Positions 31,789 through 41,304 of a stretch of 64,000 nt of DNA are shown here, in pieces; position 1 is the first letter of the stretch; the number at the start of each line of letters is the position of its first letter. This DNA is from Candidatus Iainarchaeum sp. (GTDB lineage: Archaea; Iainarchaeota; Iainarchaeia; Iainarchaeales; JAAZKV01), in NCBI GenBank assembly GCA_012799645.1, contig JAAZKV010000018.1:41519-105518 (forward strand), written 5' to 3'. A program made the position numbers and the translations under genes. The notes under the pieces were generated by a model that did no database searches, had not been told where the DNA came from, and saw nothing but the letters and a program-made list of their open reading frames with translations.

Positions 31789-33834
31789 ATGAATAAGAAT
31801 TTGTCTAAATTGTTTTCTCCTAATAGTGTGGCTATTGTTGGGGCGAGTAATACTCCTGGAAAAGTTGGTTACTCCATTTTAAAAAATTTAATTGAAGCAG
31901 AGTTTGTTGGAGAAATTTATCCAATTAATATTAATGATAAAGTGGTTCAAGGAATTAAAGCGCACCATAATTTGGGGGATGTGAAAAAGAATATTGATCT
32001 TGTAATAATTTGTGTTCCTGCTCCTGTTGTTATTAAAGTGATGCAGGATTGTGTAAAAGCCAACATAAAAAATGCGATTATTATTAGTGCAGGTTTTGCC
32101 GAAACTGGAAGCGAAGGAAAAAAATTACAAGAAGAACTTGAAAAAATTGTATCTGAAAACAAAATCAATGTTGTTGGCCCAAATACTTTGGGAATAATTA
32201 ATACAGAAAATGGGCTTAATGCTTCTTTTGCTTCAACATTCCCAAGACAAGGAAATATTGCTATTGTTTCACAATCAGGAGCTCTTTGCACCGCAATTCT
32301 TGATTGGGCAAGACAAGAAAAAGTTGGGTTTAGTAGATTCATTAGCACTGGAAATAAAGCATTTTTATCAGAGAGTGATTATTTTGATTATTTACAACAC
32401 GATCCAAAAACAAAAGCGGTTTTTGTGTATATGGAGTCAATGAAGAACACTAAAAAATTTTTAAAAGAAGCGAGTGAGCTCGCGAAAAGAAAACCAGTGA
32501 TTGTGTTAAAATCAGGGAGAAGTGCTCAAGGACAAAAAGCAGCTTCTTCTCACACCGGAGCACTAAGTGTCGATGATGAAATTTTTTCTATTGCTTGTCA
32601 AAAAACAAATATGATTAGAGTAAATTCAATCGAAGGATTTTTTGATTTAGCAAAAACATTATCAAAAATCAAAAAAATAAAAAAATTTAATTTAGCAGTA
32701 GTAACAAATGCTGGGGGGCCGGGAGTAATTGTCGCGGATAGTGCTTCTGTCCATAATTTTCCACTCCCCGAATTTAGTTCAAAAACTATTAACGCAGTGA
32801 AAGAAATAAATCCACACGCATCAAACCCACTGGATCTAATAGGGGATGCAAAACCAATTGATTATAGAACCGCTCTAAGAGTGTTACAAGATGATTCAGG
32901 AATTGATTTAGTGTATTGTCTTCTGACTCCTCAAAGTATGACTAATCCTGAAAGGGTAGCGGATATTATTATTTCTTTAAATAAAAGAAAACCAATTATT
33001 TGCTCTTTTATTGGAGGAACAAGTGTTTCACACCCAAAAAGATTTTTGAAAGAAAACGGGGTGCTGGAATTTGAAACTCCCGAAAGAGGAATTAAAGCAC
33101 TATCAAGAATTAAAGGGTATTATGAGAGAAAAAATTTGAAAAAAATATTTGATCAAAAAATTACTCCTAACAAAGAAATTAAAAAAACCTTAAAATCAAA
33201 ACCAAAATTAAATTTGAAAGAATCATTTGAGTTGTTGAACAAACACAACATAAAAACCACTCCAACTATTTTTGTCACATCAATAAAAGAAATTGAACAA
33301 AAAATAAATTTAATTAAATTTCCTGTCGCACTAAAAACTGGATCAGGGCTTGCACACAAAACAGATTTTGGTTTAGTTAAAGCGAATATAAAAAATAAAG
33401 AAGAATTAATCAAAGAAGCAGAAAAAATGTTTTTGATTTCTAAAGAAAAAAAATTAGAAGAAATTTTAGCAATACAAGAAATGATACAAGGACAAGAGAT
33501 TTTGGTTTCTTCAATCACTAACGAGTTTGGAAAAATTATTACTTATGGACTTGGAGGAATTTTTGTTGAAATAATGAAGGATGTTTCTCAAAAAATTGCT
33601 CCAATAAACGAATCGGATTTGGAAGAAATGTTTTCAGAAGTAAAAGGAACAAAAGTTCTTCTCGGAGCAAGAACAAAAAAGAAATACAATATTGATTCTT
33701 TAAAAAAATTGATTAAATCAATCTCGGATCTTGCACTAACTTATCCCGAAATTAAAGAAATAGAATTCAACCCAGTGATTGTAACAGAAAATGATTCATT
33801 TGTTGTGGATTGTGTAATCAACACTAATAACTAA
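31789..33834 (+). CDS. acdAB: ADP-forming acetate-CoA ligase (fused alpha-beta)
   Basis: PNSVAIVGAS, GPNTLG, SQSGA, phospho-His SHTG, TNAGGPG, NPLD, C-terminal ATP-grasp (HKTD, GLGGIFVE, EFNP). Confidence 0.9.
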   Translation: MNKNLSKLFSPNSVAIVGASNTPGKVGYSILKNLIEAEFVGEIYPININDKVVQGIKAHHNLGDVKKNIDLVIICVPAPVVIKVMQDCVKANIKNAIIISAGFAETGSEGKKLQEELEKIVSENKINVVGPNTLGIINTENGLNASFASTFPRQGNIAIVSQSGALCTAILDWARQEKVGFSRFISTGNKAFLSESDYFDYLQHDPKTKAVFVYMESMKNTKKFLKEASELAKRKPVIVLKSGRSAQGQKAASSHTGALSVDDEIFSIACQKTNMIRVNSIEGFFDLAKTLSKIKKIKKFNLAVVTNAGGPGVIVADSASVHNFPLPEFSSKTINAVKEINPHASNPLDLIGDAKPIDYRTALRVLQDDSGIDLVYCLLTPQSMTNPERVADIIISLNKRKPIICSFIGGTSVSHPKRFLKENGVLEFETPERGIKALSRIKGYYERKNLKKIFDQKITPNKEIKKTLKSKPKLNLKESFELLNKHNIKTTPTIFVTSIKEIEQKINLIKFPVALKTGSGLAHKTDFGLVKANIKNKEELIKEAEKMFLISKEKKLEEILAIQEMIQGQEILVSSITNEFGKIITYGLGGIFVEIMKDVSQKIAPINESDLEEMFSEVKGTKVLLGARTKKKYNIDSLKKLIKSISDLALTYPEIKEIEFNPVIVTENDSFVVDCVINTNN

Positions 33835-33850
33835 GCACCCCCAAATAAAT

Positions 33851-33920
33851 TCAAACAATTTTAAATAATTTTAAACAATTTAAAATAATTTTAAACAATT
33901 TCGAGCAATTTTGAACAATT
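33851..33920. repeat. 10-bp degenerate tandem repeat, 7 copies
   Basis: TTAAACAATT consensus. Confidence 0.75.
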
Positions 33921-33966
33921 ATTCTAACCAACAATCATAATAATATTTTCTATAATTAATTTTTTT

Positions 33967-34923
33967 ATGAATAAAATTGGTTCAATTAAAGTTCCGAACG
34001 GAGCACTCTTGGCCCCAATGGCTGATTACACCAATGTTGCTTTTCGTACGCTTTGTAAAAAATATGGCGCTTCTTTAGTTTATACTGAACTTGTTTCTGT
34101 TAAGGGTTTGATTCACAAAAACAAAAAAATACCAAAATTACTTAATGTTAGTGGGGAAGAAAAACCGGTTTTTTTACAATTGTTTGGAAATGATCCAATT
34201 GATTTTGAAAAAGCAATTAATTTTGTTGAAAAAAATAATTCAGAAAATTTTGTTGGATATGATTTGAACGCAGGGTGCAGTGTTCCTAAAGCAAAAAAAG
34301 GAAAATACGGATCATATTTGTTGGATTACCCGAAATTAGTTAGGAATATTATAAAAAAAATGAAAAATTCCACTAATAAACCTGTTACGCTCAAAATGAG
34401 GTTGGGTTTAAGTGATGAAACTTTTTTAGAATGTGCAAAAGAAGCTGAAAGTGCAGGAGTTGATGCTATTTGCTTACACGCAAGATTTGGAAATGATGGG
34501 TATAGTGGGAAAGCAGATTGGAAAAAAATTCATGAACTAAAAAACAAAATTAATGTTCCAATAATTGGGAATGGGGATATTTTTTCTGTTAAAGATGCTC
34601 TTGAAATGAAAAAACAGACAAATTGTGATTTTGTTATGATTGGGAGAGCAAGTATGGGTAATGCTTTTATTTTCAAACAAACAAAAGAAGGATTGTTGAA
34701 AAAGAAAATTAGTGAAAGAACATTTAAAGAAAAACTTGTTGAAGCAAAAAAATTTATTGAATTGAGCAAAAAATTTAATCTTGAAATTAATAGTGTTAAA
34801 GGTTATTTTATTAGTTGGGTGAAGGGAGAAAAAAACGCGCCAAAATTAAGGAATGAAATTGTTATGACCAAAAGTTATGAGGAGCTTGAAAAAATTATTG
34901 AAAAAATAAAACAAACAAAATAA
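33967..34923 (+). CDS. dusB: tRNA-dihydrouridine synthase (DusB-like)
   Basis: LAPMA, TELVS, QLFG, DLNAGC, IGNGDI, VMIGR. Confidence 0.9.
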   Translation: MNKIGSIKVPNGALLAPMADYTNVAFRTLCKKYGASLVYTELVSVKGLIHKNKKIPKLLNVSGEEKPVFLQLFGNDPIDFEKAINFVEKNNSENFVGYDLNAGCSVPKAKKGKYGSYLLDYPKLVRNIIKKMKNSTNKPVTLKMRLGLSDETFLECAKEAESAGVDAICLHARFGNDGYSGKADWKKIHELKNKINVPIIGNGDIFSVKDALEMKKQTNCDFVMIGRASMGNAFIFKQTKEGLLKKKISERTFKEKLVEAKKFIELSKKFNLEINSVKGYFISWVKGEKNAPKLRNEIVMTKSYEELEKIIEKIKQTK

Positions 34924-34928
34924 TTTTC

Positions 34929-35081
34929 TTATTCTTCAGCGTATACTCTTCTTGGCGGAGTTGGTTTTTTGATAAAAGCTAAATTTGATTGTTTAAATTT
35001 ATTTTTGCATTTATCTGAACAAAATTTTGGATCTTCTTTTACTTCAAAAATCATTCCACAAGAGGCACATATTTTTTTCAT
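34929..35081 (-). CDS. 50-aa TRASH/YHS-like metal-binding protein (not in ORF track)
   Basis: Translated by hand: MKKICASCGMIFEVKEDPKFCSDKCKNKFKQSNLAFIKKPTPPRRVYAEE*. SD GGTGGG upstream. Confidence 0.75.
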   Translation of the reverse strand: MKKICASCGMIFEVKEDPKFCSDKCKNKFKQSNLAFIKKPTPPRRVYAEE

Positions 35082-35098
35082 TTATCCCACCATTTTCC

Positions 35099-35135
35099 AC
35101 TAGTAAAATATTGTGGAGCAATATTTACGCGTAGT
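35099..35135. promoter_or_regulatory. Palindrome upstream of the small metal-binding gene
   Basis: AAATATTG-n5-CAATATTT core, extendable by GTA/TAC and ACTA/TAGT. Confidence 0.4.
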
Positions 35136-35218
35136 ACATAGAGGAGTAAAGAACTTCTTTTAAATTGTGCGAAAGGTTATTAAAAAAGATATTTAAACTT
35201 TAAAGTTATTCTTTTGGT

Positions 35219-35935
35219 ATGACATTGGATAATAAATTAGATAAAAAGATTGAAATAAAATCTTTAATTCAACCTAAAACAAAATTGGATAAAGTGGATC
35301 CAAAAGAGAAGGAGATTAAGAAAAAAATTCTTAGTGATGCTGAAAAGTGGTTGAAAAAAAAACAAAATTTCTTAAAACTTTCACAAATCACTTTAACTCT
35401 TGACAAATATGGTGATATTTTTTCGGATTTTGATCCACGATCTTATATTGAGAGAGCATTATCTATTGATTTTTTATCAGAAATAAGGAGAGCGAGTAGA
35501 GAGAAACCTAACGGAGTAATTGAGTTAAAAATGTTGATTCCTAAAAAAGTTAGAAATCAAAAAGATGAAGCATTAATTATTAAGAGATTAAAAAATCATT
35601 TCAAAAGACATTTTGAACGACTCCAAAGTGATGTTAAAAGATTAAAAAAAGTCGGAGCACTAATGGTAGGAATTGGTTTTTTGATAGGAGTGCTTGTTGT
35701 GTTAGTGCTTGAAAATGTAACACACAATGTGGATCATTCAATGTTTTTTCAAAACCCATTACTTTGGTTAGTAATGATTTTTCCTAGCGTGATTTTGGTG
35801 TTAATGGAACCAGCATCTTGGTTTTTGATTTGGGAAGGAATGAACAAACTTGTTTTTGATTGGAGAGTAAAACAACCAGATCTTGAATTTTATGAAAAAA
35901 TGACTAAATGTGATATTGTTTTTGAAGAATACTAA
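35219..35935 (+). CDS. Conserved hypothetical membrane protein
   Basis: YGDIFSDFDPR motif, two C-terminal TM helices, SWFLIWEG. Confidence 0.7.
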   Translation: MTLDNKLDKKIEIKSLIQPKTKLDKVDPKEKEIKKKILSDAEKWLKKKQNFLKLSQITLTLDKYGDIFSDFDPRSYIERALSIDFLSEIRRASREKPNGVIELKMLIPKKVRNQKDEALIIKRLKNHFKRHFERLQSDVKRLKKVGALMVGIGFLIGVLVVLVLENVTHNVDHSMFFQNPLLWLVMIFPSVILVLMEPASWFLIWEGMNKLVFDWRVKQPDLEFYEKMTKCDIVFEEY

Positions 35936-36035
35936 AAAATCAAAACAACAAAAAAATTAAATGAGAACAAAACAAAAAAATAATTTTGAAAAAGAATTAG
36001 TCTAATTTTTTTTTGAAAAAAAATCAAAATTGAGT

Positions 36036-36536
36036 TTATTGGTTTGATTCTTGAATATTTTCTTGTGTTTTTTCTTCACTATTTTCTTCTTGAACTGATT
36101 TAGCACTATCTTCATCACTAATTTCATTATCAGGATTAGTTTCATTATTAGTGCTTATCTCATTGTCAGGGTTAGCATCAATTTTTGGTTCAACATTAGT
36201 TTCATTAGTAGTGGTGTTTTCATTAGTGTTTTCATCATTAATATCATCATTAATATCATCATTAGTATCATCATTAGCAACAGCATTAGCGACATTATTA
36301 GTGTCATCACCAGTAGTAGTATTTTCAATATTTGTTTCTTCAGTTTTTGTTTCGTTTTCTTCTTCGATTTCGCTAGGTTTTGGTTTCTTTAATCCTTCAG
36401 TTTTCGGACAAGTTCTACACATAGAATCCATTAAAGATGGTTCTTCTGGACAATCAGGGTAAAGTCCTTTACATTTAGGGAATTCACCAGCTAAAGATAT
36501 TACTGATTCGTTTGCTGTTTTAAATCTTCTTTGCAT
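36036..36536 (-). CDS. Small Cys4 domain protein with acidic low-complexity tail
   Basis: C-x6-C-x10-C-x2-C N-terminal domain followed by N/D/E/T repeats. SD GGTGG. Confidence 0.65.
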   Translation of the reverse strand: MQRRFKTANESVISLAGEFPKCKGLYPDCPEEPSLMDSMCRTCPKTEGLKKPKPSEIEEENETKTEETNIENTTTGDDTNNVANAVANDDTNDDINDDINDENTNENTTTNETNVEPKIDANPDNEISTNNETNPDNEISDEDSAKSVQEENSEEKTQENIQESNQ

Positions 36537-36703
36537 CAAAAACCACCTTTAATTATTAAAGAAAACAAATTATTAAAAACCCACTTTTTTTGTAAAAAAA
36601 TATTTATTTTCTTTTTTGTATTTATTTTCTTTGTATATTTTTTTTAGTTATTTTAATTATTTTATTTTTATATTTATTTTATTTTTTTAATTATTTTTTA
36701 TTT

Positions 36704-37474
36704 TTATATTTTTTTTATTGGTAAATTGGTTTTTTGACAAAGTTCCATCACTTTTTGTTTAAATTTTTTAAGCCCTTTCCAATCCAAAACAATCAATTTT
36801 GCTCCACTTTTAGAAATCATTTGTTCTAATAATTCAAAATCAAGATTTTCTAAATTATACTCTGGGCAAATGTGTCCAATTGAATAATTTTCTCTAATCA
36901 CAAATTTTGTAAAATTATTAGCATAATGAATTCCACCAACCCCAATAGCTATTGTGTCATTATTTTCAATCAAAGTTGAATTTATTACAATTTCTGCAAT
37001 TAATTTTCCTAAAAAATTATTTTTCCACTCAATTATTGAACTTCCAATTTCAATAAAAACAACATTTTTTTCTGTATGTGGTCCGTGGTGAGTAACCTCA
37101 AAACAAATCTCAAAATCATTCAAATTATTTTCTCCATTTTTTAGTTTTTCTTTTTCACGAATCAATGCACGAATATAATTAGTTCCAATTTTTGCAAGTG
37201 CTCCGCAAAGCTTTTTTTCTTCACCACCAAATTTGGCTTCTCCAAAATTACCAATATAATGCACAGTGAGTGATTTTTTTTCAGCTTTGCTTTCGTGTTT
37301 TGATAAAACAACTATATTATTTTCTTTAACTTTATTTAATGATAAAAATATGGTGTCCTCTTTAAATTCGTAAAAATTCGCCCAACTTGGAACACCAATT
37401 CTTTTCAAGTGGTTCGCAATATTAACACTAGCTTCATCTTCTAAAGCACAAACAATAGCAATTTTTTCAGCCAT
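36704..37474 (-). CDS. dtdA: D-aminoacyl-tRNA deacylase (archaeal DTD2)
   Basis: LSKHES, SLTVH, FEVTHHGP, FIEIGS, GGIHYA. Confidence 0.92.
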   Translation of the reverse strand: MAEKIAIVCALEDEASVNIANHLKRIGVPSWANFYEFKEDTIFLSLNKVKENNIVVLSKHESKAEKKSLTVHYIGNFGEAKFGGEEKKLCGALAKIGTNYIRALIREKEKLKNGENNLNDFEICFEVTHHGPHTEKNVVFIEIGSSIIEWKNNFLGKLIAEIVINSTLIENNDTIAIGVGGIHYANNFTKFVIRENYSIGHICPEYNLENLDFELLEQMISKSGAKLIVLDWKGLKKFKQKVMELCQKTNLPIKKI

Positions 37475-37575
37475 AATTACTCTATTGGCGGATAACTTTA
37501 AGTAGTTTTTTAAATGTTAAGAAATACAAGATTTCTAATTAAATTGATTTTTTAATCAAAAAAAGGTGATATAAA

Positions 37576-37728
37576 ATGGTAGTAGAGTATGGAGAATTCA
37601 AAGGAAACAAAATGATAATCCTAAAAAGAAACGAAAATGATAACTTCCCATTCCAATTCGGAAAAGGAAAAGCAAGATTAATAGTAGAAAATATGGATGC
37701 AATAAAAGCATTTGCAGAAGAAGAATAA
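37576..37728 (+). CDS. 50-aa conserved-looking small protein (not in ORF track)
   Basis: MVVEYGEFKGNKMIILKRNENDNFPFQFGKGKARLIVENMDAIKAFAEEE*. Strong SD AGGTGAT. Confidence 0.8.
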   Translation: MVVEYGEFKGNKMIILKRNENDNFPFQFGKGKARLIVENMDAIKAFAEEE

Positions 37729-37768
37729 AACAATTTTTATAGTTTCATTTTCTATTTTTATTTCTAAA

Positions 37769-37792
37769 CACTGCCCACAAAGTAGGGCAGTG
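37769..37792. terminator. GC-rich hairpin between convergent genes
   Basis: CACTGCCC-n8-GGGCAGTG perfect stem between the small ORF and porB. Confidence 0.5.
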
Positions 37793-37881
37793 AATTGTCT
37801 TATTTTTTAATTTTCAATTCATTTTTTGTTCTTTAATTATTTTTTCTTTAATTATTTTTTCCTAAACACTATTTTTTGTTT

Positions 37882-38808
37882 TTAAAATAAGGTGTCAAAC
37901 ATTTTTTTTCCGTTTGATTCTGTTAAATATTTCCATCTTTCGTCAACGTATTGTTGTATTTTTGCGTTAATTTCTGGAGTAATGTGTTTGAATCTTCCTT
38001 GCATTTTTAAATAATTTTCTATTGGCTTTTTTTCTGTGGGTGTGTGGTTTAGTTTTAGTACTCCGTTTTCTATTTCATATATTGGGTAAGCGCATGTTTC
38101 TAACGCCATTTTTGATACATCAATTGTACTTGATGAATCTATTTTCCATCCTGGAATACAAGGCACGAATACTGAAATGTATGATGGGCCTTCTGTCACC
38201 AGTGCTTTTTGTACTTTGTTTTTTAGATCAAATAAATTTGCTACATTTGCTGTTGCTACATATTTTGCTCCGTGTGCTGCTATAATGAATGGGAGTGGTT
38301 TTTTTGGTTGTGATTTTCCAGGTATTACTTTTCCGCTTGGGGATGTTGTTGTTGCTGCAAAAGGGAATGTTGCTCCGCTTCTTTGTATTCCTGTGTTTTG
38401 GTAGGCTTCATTGTCTGTTGATATGTACAATATTTTGTGTCCTCTTTCTACTGCTCCGCTTATTGATCCAAAACCAATGTCAAACATTGCTCCGTCTCCA
38501 CCAATTGCTATAACATTTGTGGTTGTGTTTCCTTTTGTTTGTAGTGCTGTTTTTACTCCACTAGCTACTGCTGCTGCGTTTTCGAATGCACAATGCACCC
38601 AAGGTAGTTCCCACGCAGTTTCTGGATATGGGGTTGATACTACTTCCATGCATCCTGTTGCCATTACTATTATTGTGTCTTCTCCTGCAGCTTTTAGTAT
38701 GTGTCTTATTGCTAGTGCTTCTCCACACCCCGCACAAGATCTGTGGCCGCTTGCAAAAAACTCTTTTTCTTCTAAACCAAGTATCGCCATAAAAACCAAC
38801 TCAACCAT
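37882..38808 (-). CDS. porB: Pyruvate:ferredoxin oxidoreductase beta subunit
   Basis: GHRSCAGCG, TPP motif GGDGA...DNEAY, PCIPGW. Confidence 0.95.
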   Translation of the reverse strand: MVELVFMAILGLEEKEFFASGHRSCAGCGEALAIRHILKAAGEDTIIVMATGCMEVVSTPYPETAWELPWVHCAFENAAAVASGVKTALQTKGNTTTNVIAIGGDGAMFDIGFGSISGAVERGHKILYISTDNEAYQNTGIQRSGATFPFAATTTSPSGKVIPGKSQPKKPLPFIIAAHGAKYVATANVANLFDLKNKVQKALVTEGPSYISVFVPCIPGWKIDSSSTIDVSKMALETCAYPIYEIENGVLKLNHTPTEKKPIENYLKMQGRFKHITPEINAKIQQYVDERWKYLTESNGKKMFDTLF

Positions 38809-38861
38809 ATAACCAAATCAATAATCAACCCAACAACCAACCCAATAATTAACTTAATTAT

Positions 38862-40016
38862 TTATTTTAACCAAACTCCTTCTTCTCCTTTTTCAATTAT
38901 TTCAAATGCTTTTTTTATCATTTCTCTACTAATATCTCTTCCACCCAGTCCTGCAATGAATCCAGCCACTTTTGTGTTTTCTTCTTTTAGTGTAGCTTTG
39001 ATTTCTGTAAATAGTGGTCCTTCGGAACCAATCGAAATATGTCTATCTATTACTCCTAAGTTTTTTATTTTTTTTGTCGCTTTTATTATTTCTTCTTTTG
39101 GAAAAGGTCTTACTGATTTTATTCTAATTATCCCTGCTTTTTTTCCTTCTTTTCTTAATTCTTCTAGCACCATTCTTGCTGTTCCTGTTGTTCCACCCAC
39201 TGTTACGAGAGCATATTCTGCATCTTGCATATTGATTAGTTCTATTAATCCGCCCCCATATTCTCTTCCAAATGTTGTTGCGAATTCTTTGTGAACATTT
39301 TGTATTTCTTTTAGTGCTTCTTTCATTGCTTCTTGTTCCGCTTCTTTGAATTCAAAGTAAGTGTTGGGTTGTGCGAAAGCTCCGAATGTTTTTGGGTTTT
39401 TTGGATCAAGGTAGTGTCGGGGTTTGTATTCTGGTAAAAATAAATCAACTTTGTTTTGATCTTCAATTATTACTGGTTCGTAAACGTGAGTTAGAGAAAA
39501 TCCATCAATGCAAACCATTACAGGTAATAATACATTGTTTTTTTCCGCGATTTTGTAAGCCATTATTGTAGTGTCAAATGCTTCTTGCACATCTTCACAA
39601 TATAATTGTATCCACCCTTGATCTCTTTCACTCATTGCATCAGAGTGATCATTCCAAATATTTAGTGGCCCTGATAGTGCTCTGTTCGCTACCACCATTA
39701 CTGCTGGCATTCTTGATCCTGCAACGATAGGAATTATTTCATGCATTAAAGCTAATCCTTGTGATGCTGTTGCTGTGAATGTTCTTACTCCTGCAGCGTA
39801 TGCTCCGTAAAGTGCACTTATTGCGGAGTGTTCACTTTCAACATGAATTAATTGAGCATCCATTTCTCCGTTCGCAATAAATTCTGATAATTTTTCTGGA
39901 ATTAAAGTGCTGGGAGTGATTGGATACATTGGAAGCACTTTTGGTTTGCAGAGTTTTACTGCTTGCGCAACCGCATCAGAACCTGAAATCACTTTTTTTT
40001 CTGACATAAAAACCAA
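38862..40016 (-). CDS. porA: Pyruvate:ferredoxin oxidoreductase alpha subunit
   Basis: YPITP, VESEHSA, TATASQGL, GLGGRD. Confidence 0.95.
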   Translation of the reverse strand: MVFMSEKKVISGSDAVAQAVKLCKPKVLPMYPITPSTLIPEKLSEFIANGEMDAQLIHVESEHSAISALYGAYAAGVRTFTATASQGLALMHEIIPIVAGSRMPAVMVVANRALSGPLNIWNDHSDAMSERDQGWIQLYCEDVQEAFDTTIMAYKIAEKNNVLLPVMVCIDGFSLTHVYEPVIIEDQNKVDLFLPEYKPRHYLDPKNPKTFGAFAQPNTYFEFKEAEQEAMKEALKEIQNVHKEFATTFGREYGGGLIELINMQDAEYALVTVGGTTGTARMVLEELRKEGKKAGIIRIKSVRPFPKEEIIKATKKIKNLGVIDRHISIGSEGPLFTEIKATLKEENTKVAGFIAGLGGRDISREMIKKAFEIIEKGEEGVWLK

Positions 40017-40212
40017 AACCCATTTTTATTTTTCATTTATTGTTTTTCATTTATTGTTTTATCTTTTCAATTTTTTAATTTTTTCACCTAGTTTAATTTT
40101 TATTTTCATTTTTTAAATTTTTTATTTTTTTTGTTTAACATAATTCAAATTTTATTTTTCATTTTTTTTGTTTTTTTACTTTTTATTATTTTCTTTTTTC
40201 AATTTTTTTTAT

Positions 40213-40536
40213 TTATTTCTCCTCTATTTTGTATTGGATGCATTTCACGGGGCATTCTTTTGCGCAAATTAAACATCCTTTGCAGTAATCGTAATTTATT
40301 TGGAATTTTCCTTCTTTGTCTTTGTATATTGCTCCGTCAGGACAATTAAGCCAACATTTTCCGCACTTTATGCATTTTTCTTGGTTTAGTTCTGGTATGT
40401 ATGTTCTCCAATCCCCTGTTTTGTATTTTTTTGTTGAACCTGGTTCTAAAACCATTGCTCCAACTGTTAGTGGGATTCCACACTTTGATTTTTTTTCAAA
40501 ATCTTTTGTGTTTTTTTCTTCACTCATAAAAATCAC
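40213..40536 (-). CDS. porD: Pyruvate:ferredoxin oxidoreductase delta subunit (2x[4Fe-4S])
   Basis: TGDWR, CIKCGKCWLNCP, YCKGCLICAKECP. Confidence 0.95.
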   Translation of the reverse strand: MIFMSEEKNTKDFEKKSKCGIPLTVGAMVLEPGSTKKYKTGDWRTYIPELNQEKCIKCGKCWLNCPDGAIYKDKEGKFQINYDYCKGCLICAKECPVKCIQYKIEEK

Positions 40537-40557
40537 GAACTAAATTTTAAACAAATT

Positions 40558-41097
40558 TTAATTATTTTTTTGTGAATCTTCATAGACTTGTTTTATTGCA
40601 GCTAGATTTTTTTCTAGTATTGGTCCTTTTGATCCCATTTGTTGTTTGATCGCGTTTTCTAGTGCTTCAATACTCACTTCTTTTGTTAATGCACTGAATG
40701 CTCCTAGTGATGCAATATTAACGAATGGTTTTCCTATTTTTTCTAGTGCTACTTTTGATATATCTACGCATTTTATTTTTGCTTTTGTTTCAATTTTGAA
40801 TTCTTCAGGTTTTTTGTTTGAATTAATTATTATTAAATCAGTAATGTTTTCTGTTAATCCACTAATTAGTGTTGCGTCAAGCACTATTGCATAATTGGCT
40901 TTGTAAACTTGTTCTCTAAGAGTTATTTTTTTGTCATCAATTCTTGCATAACTTCTAACCGGCGCTCCTGTTCTTTCAACCCCAAAATTTGGGAACGCTT
41001 GTGAGTGTTTTCCGTCCAAGAATGCAGCTATTGCTAAAACTTGCGAGCTTGTAACAGCTCCTTGCCCCCCTCTCCCAAGCACTATTATTTGTTTCAT
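40558..41097 (-). CDS. porG: Pyruvate:ferredoxin oxidoreductase gamma subunit
   Basis: GRGGQG, FGVERTGAP. Confidence 0.95.
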   Translation of the reverse strand: MKQIIVLGRGGQGAVTSSQVLAIAAFLDGKHSQAFPNFGVERTGAPVRSYARIDDKKITLREQVYKANYAIVLDATLISGLTENITDLIIINSNKKPEEFKIETKAKIKCVDISKVALEKIGKPFVNIASLGAFSALTKEVSIEALENAIKQQMGSKGPILEKNLAAIKQVYEDSQKNN

Positions 41098-41304
41098 ACA
41101 AATCAATATCCAATCAACATCCAATCAACATTCAAATCAATATTCAAATCAAAAAATATTTAGTTGATTTAATTTTATTTGATTAATTTATTTAGTTATT
41201 TATAAAGAAAAATTGACAACAAATGTTTAAAAACCGAATTAACGAAGAAGAGTTCGTCAATTGTACGAACAATTTTTGTTTTTTTTTGTTTTATTTTTTG
41301 TAAA

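Noticed and set aside
37539-37733. 64-aa minus-strand ORF in the track
   Set aside because: Antisense shadow of the plus-strand 50-aa gene, which has a strong SD.
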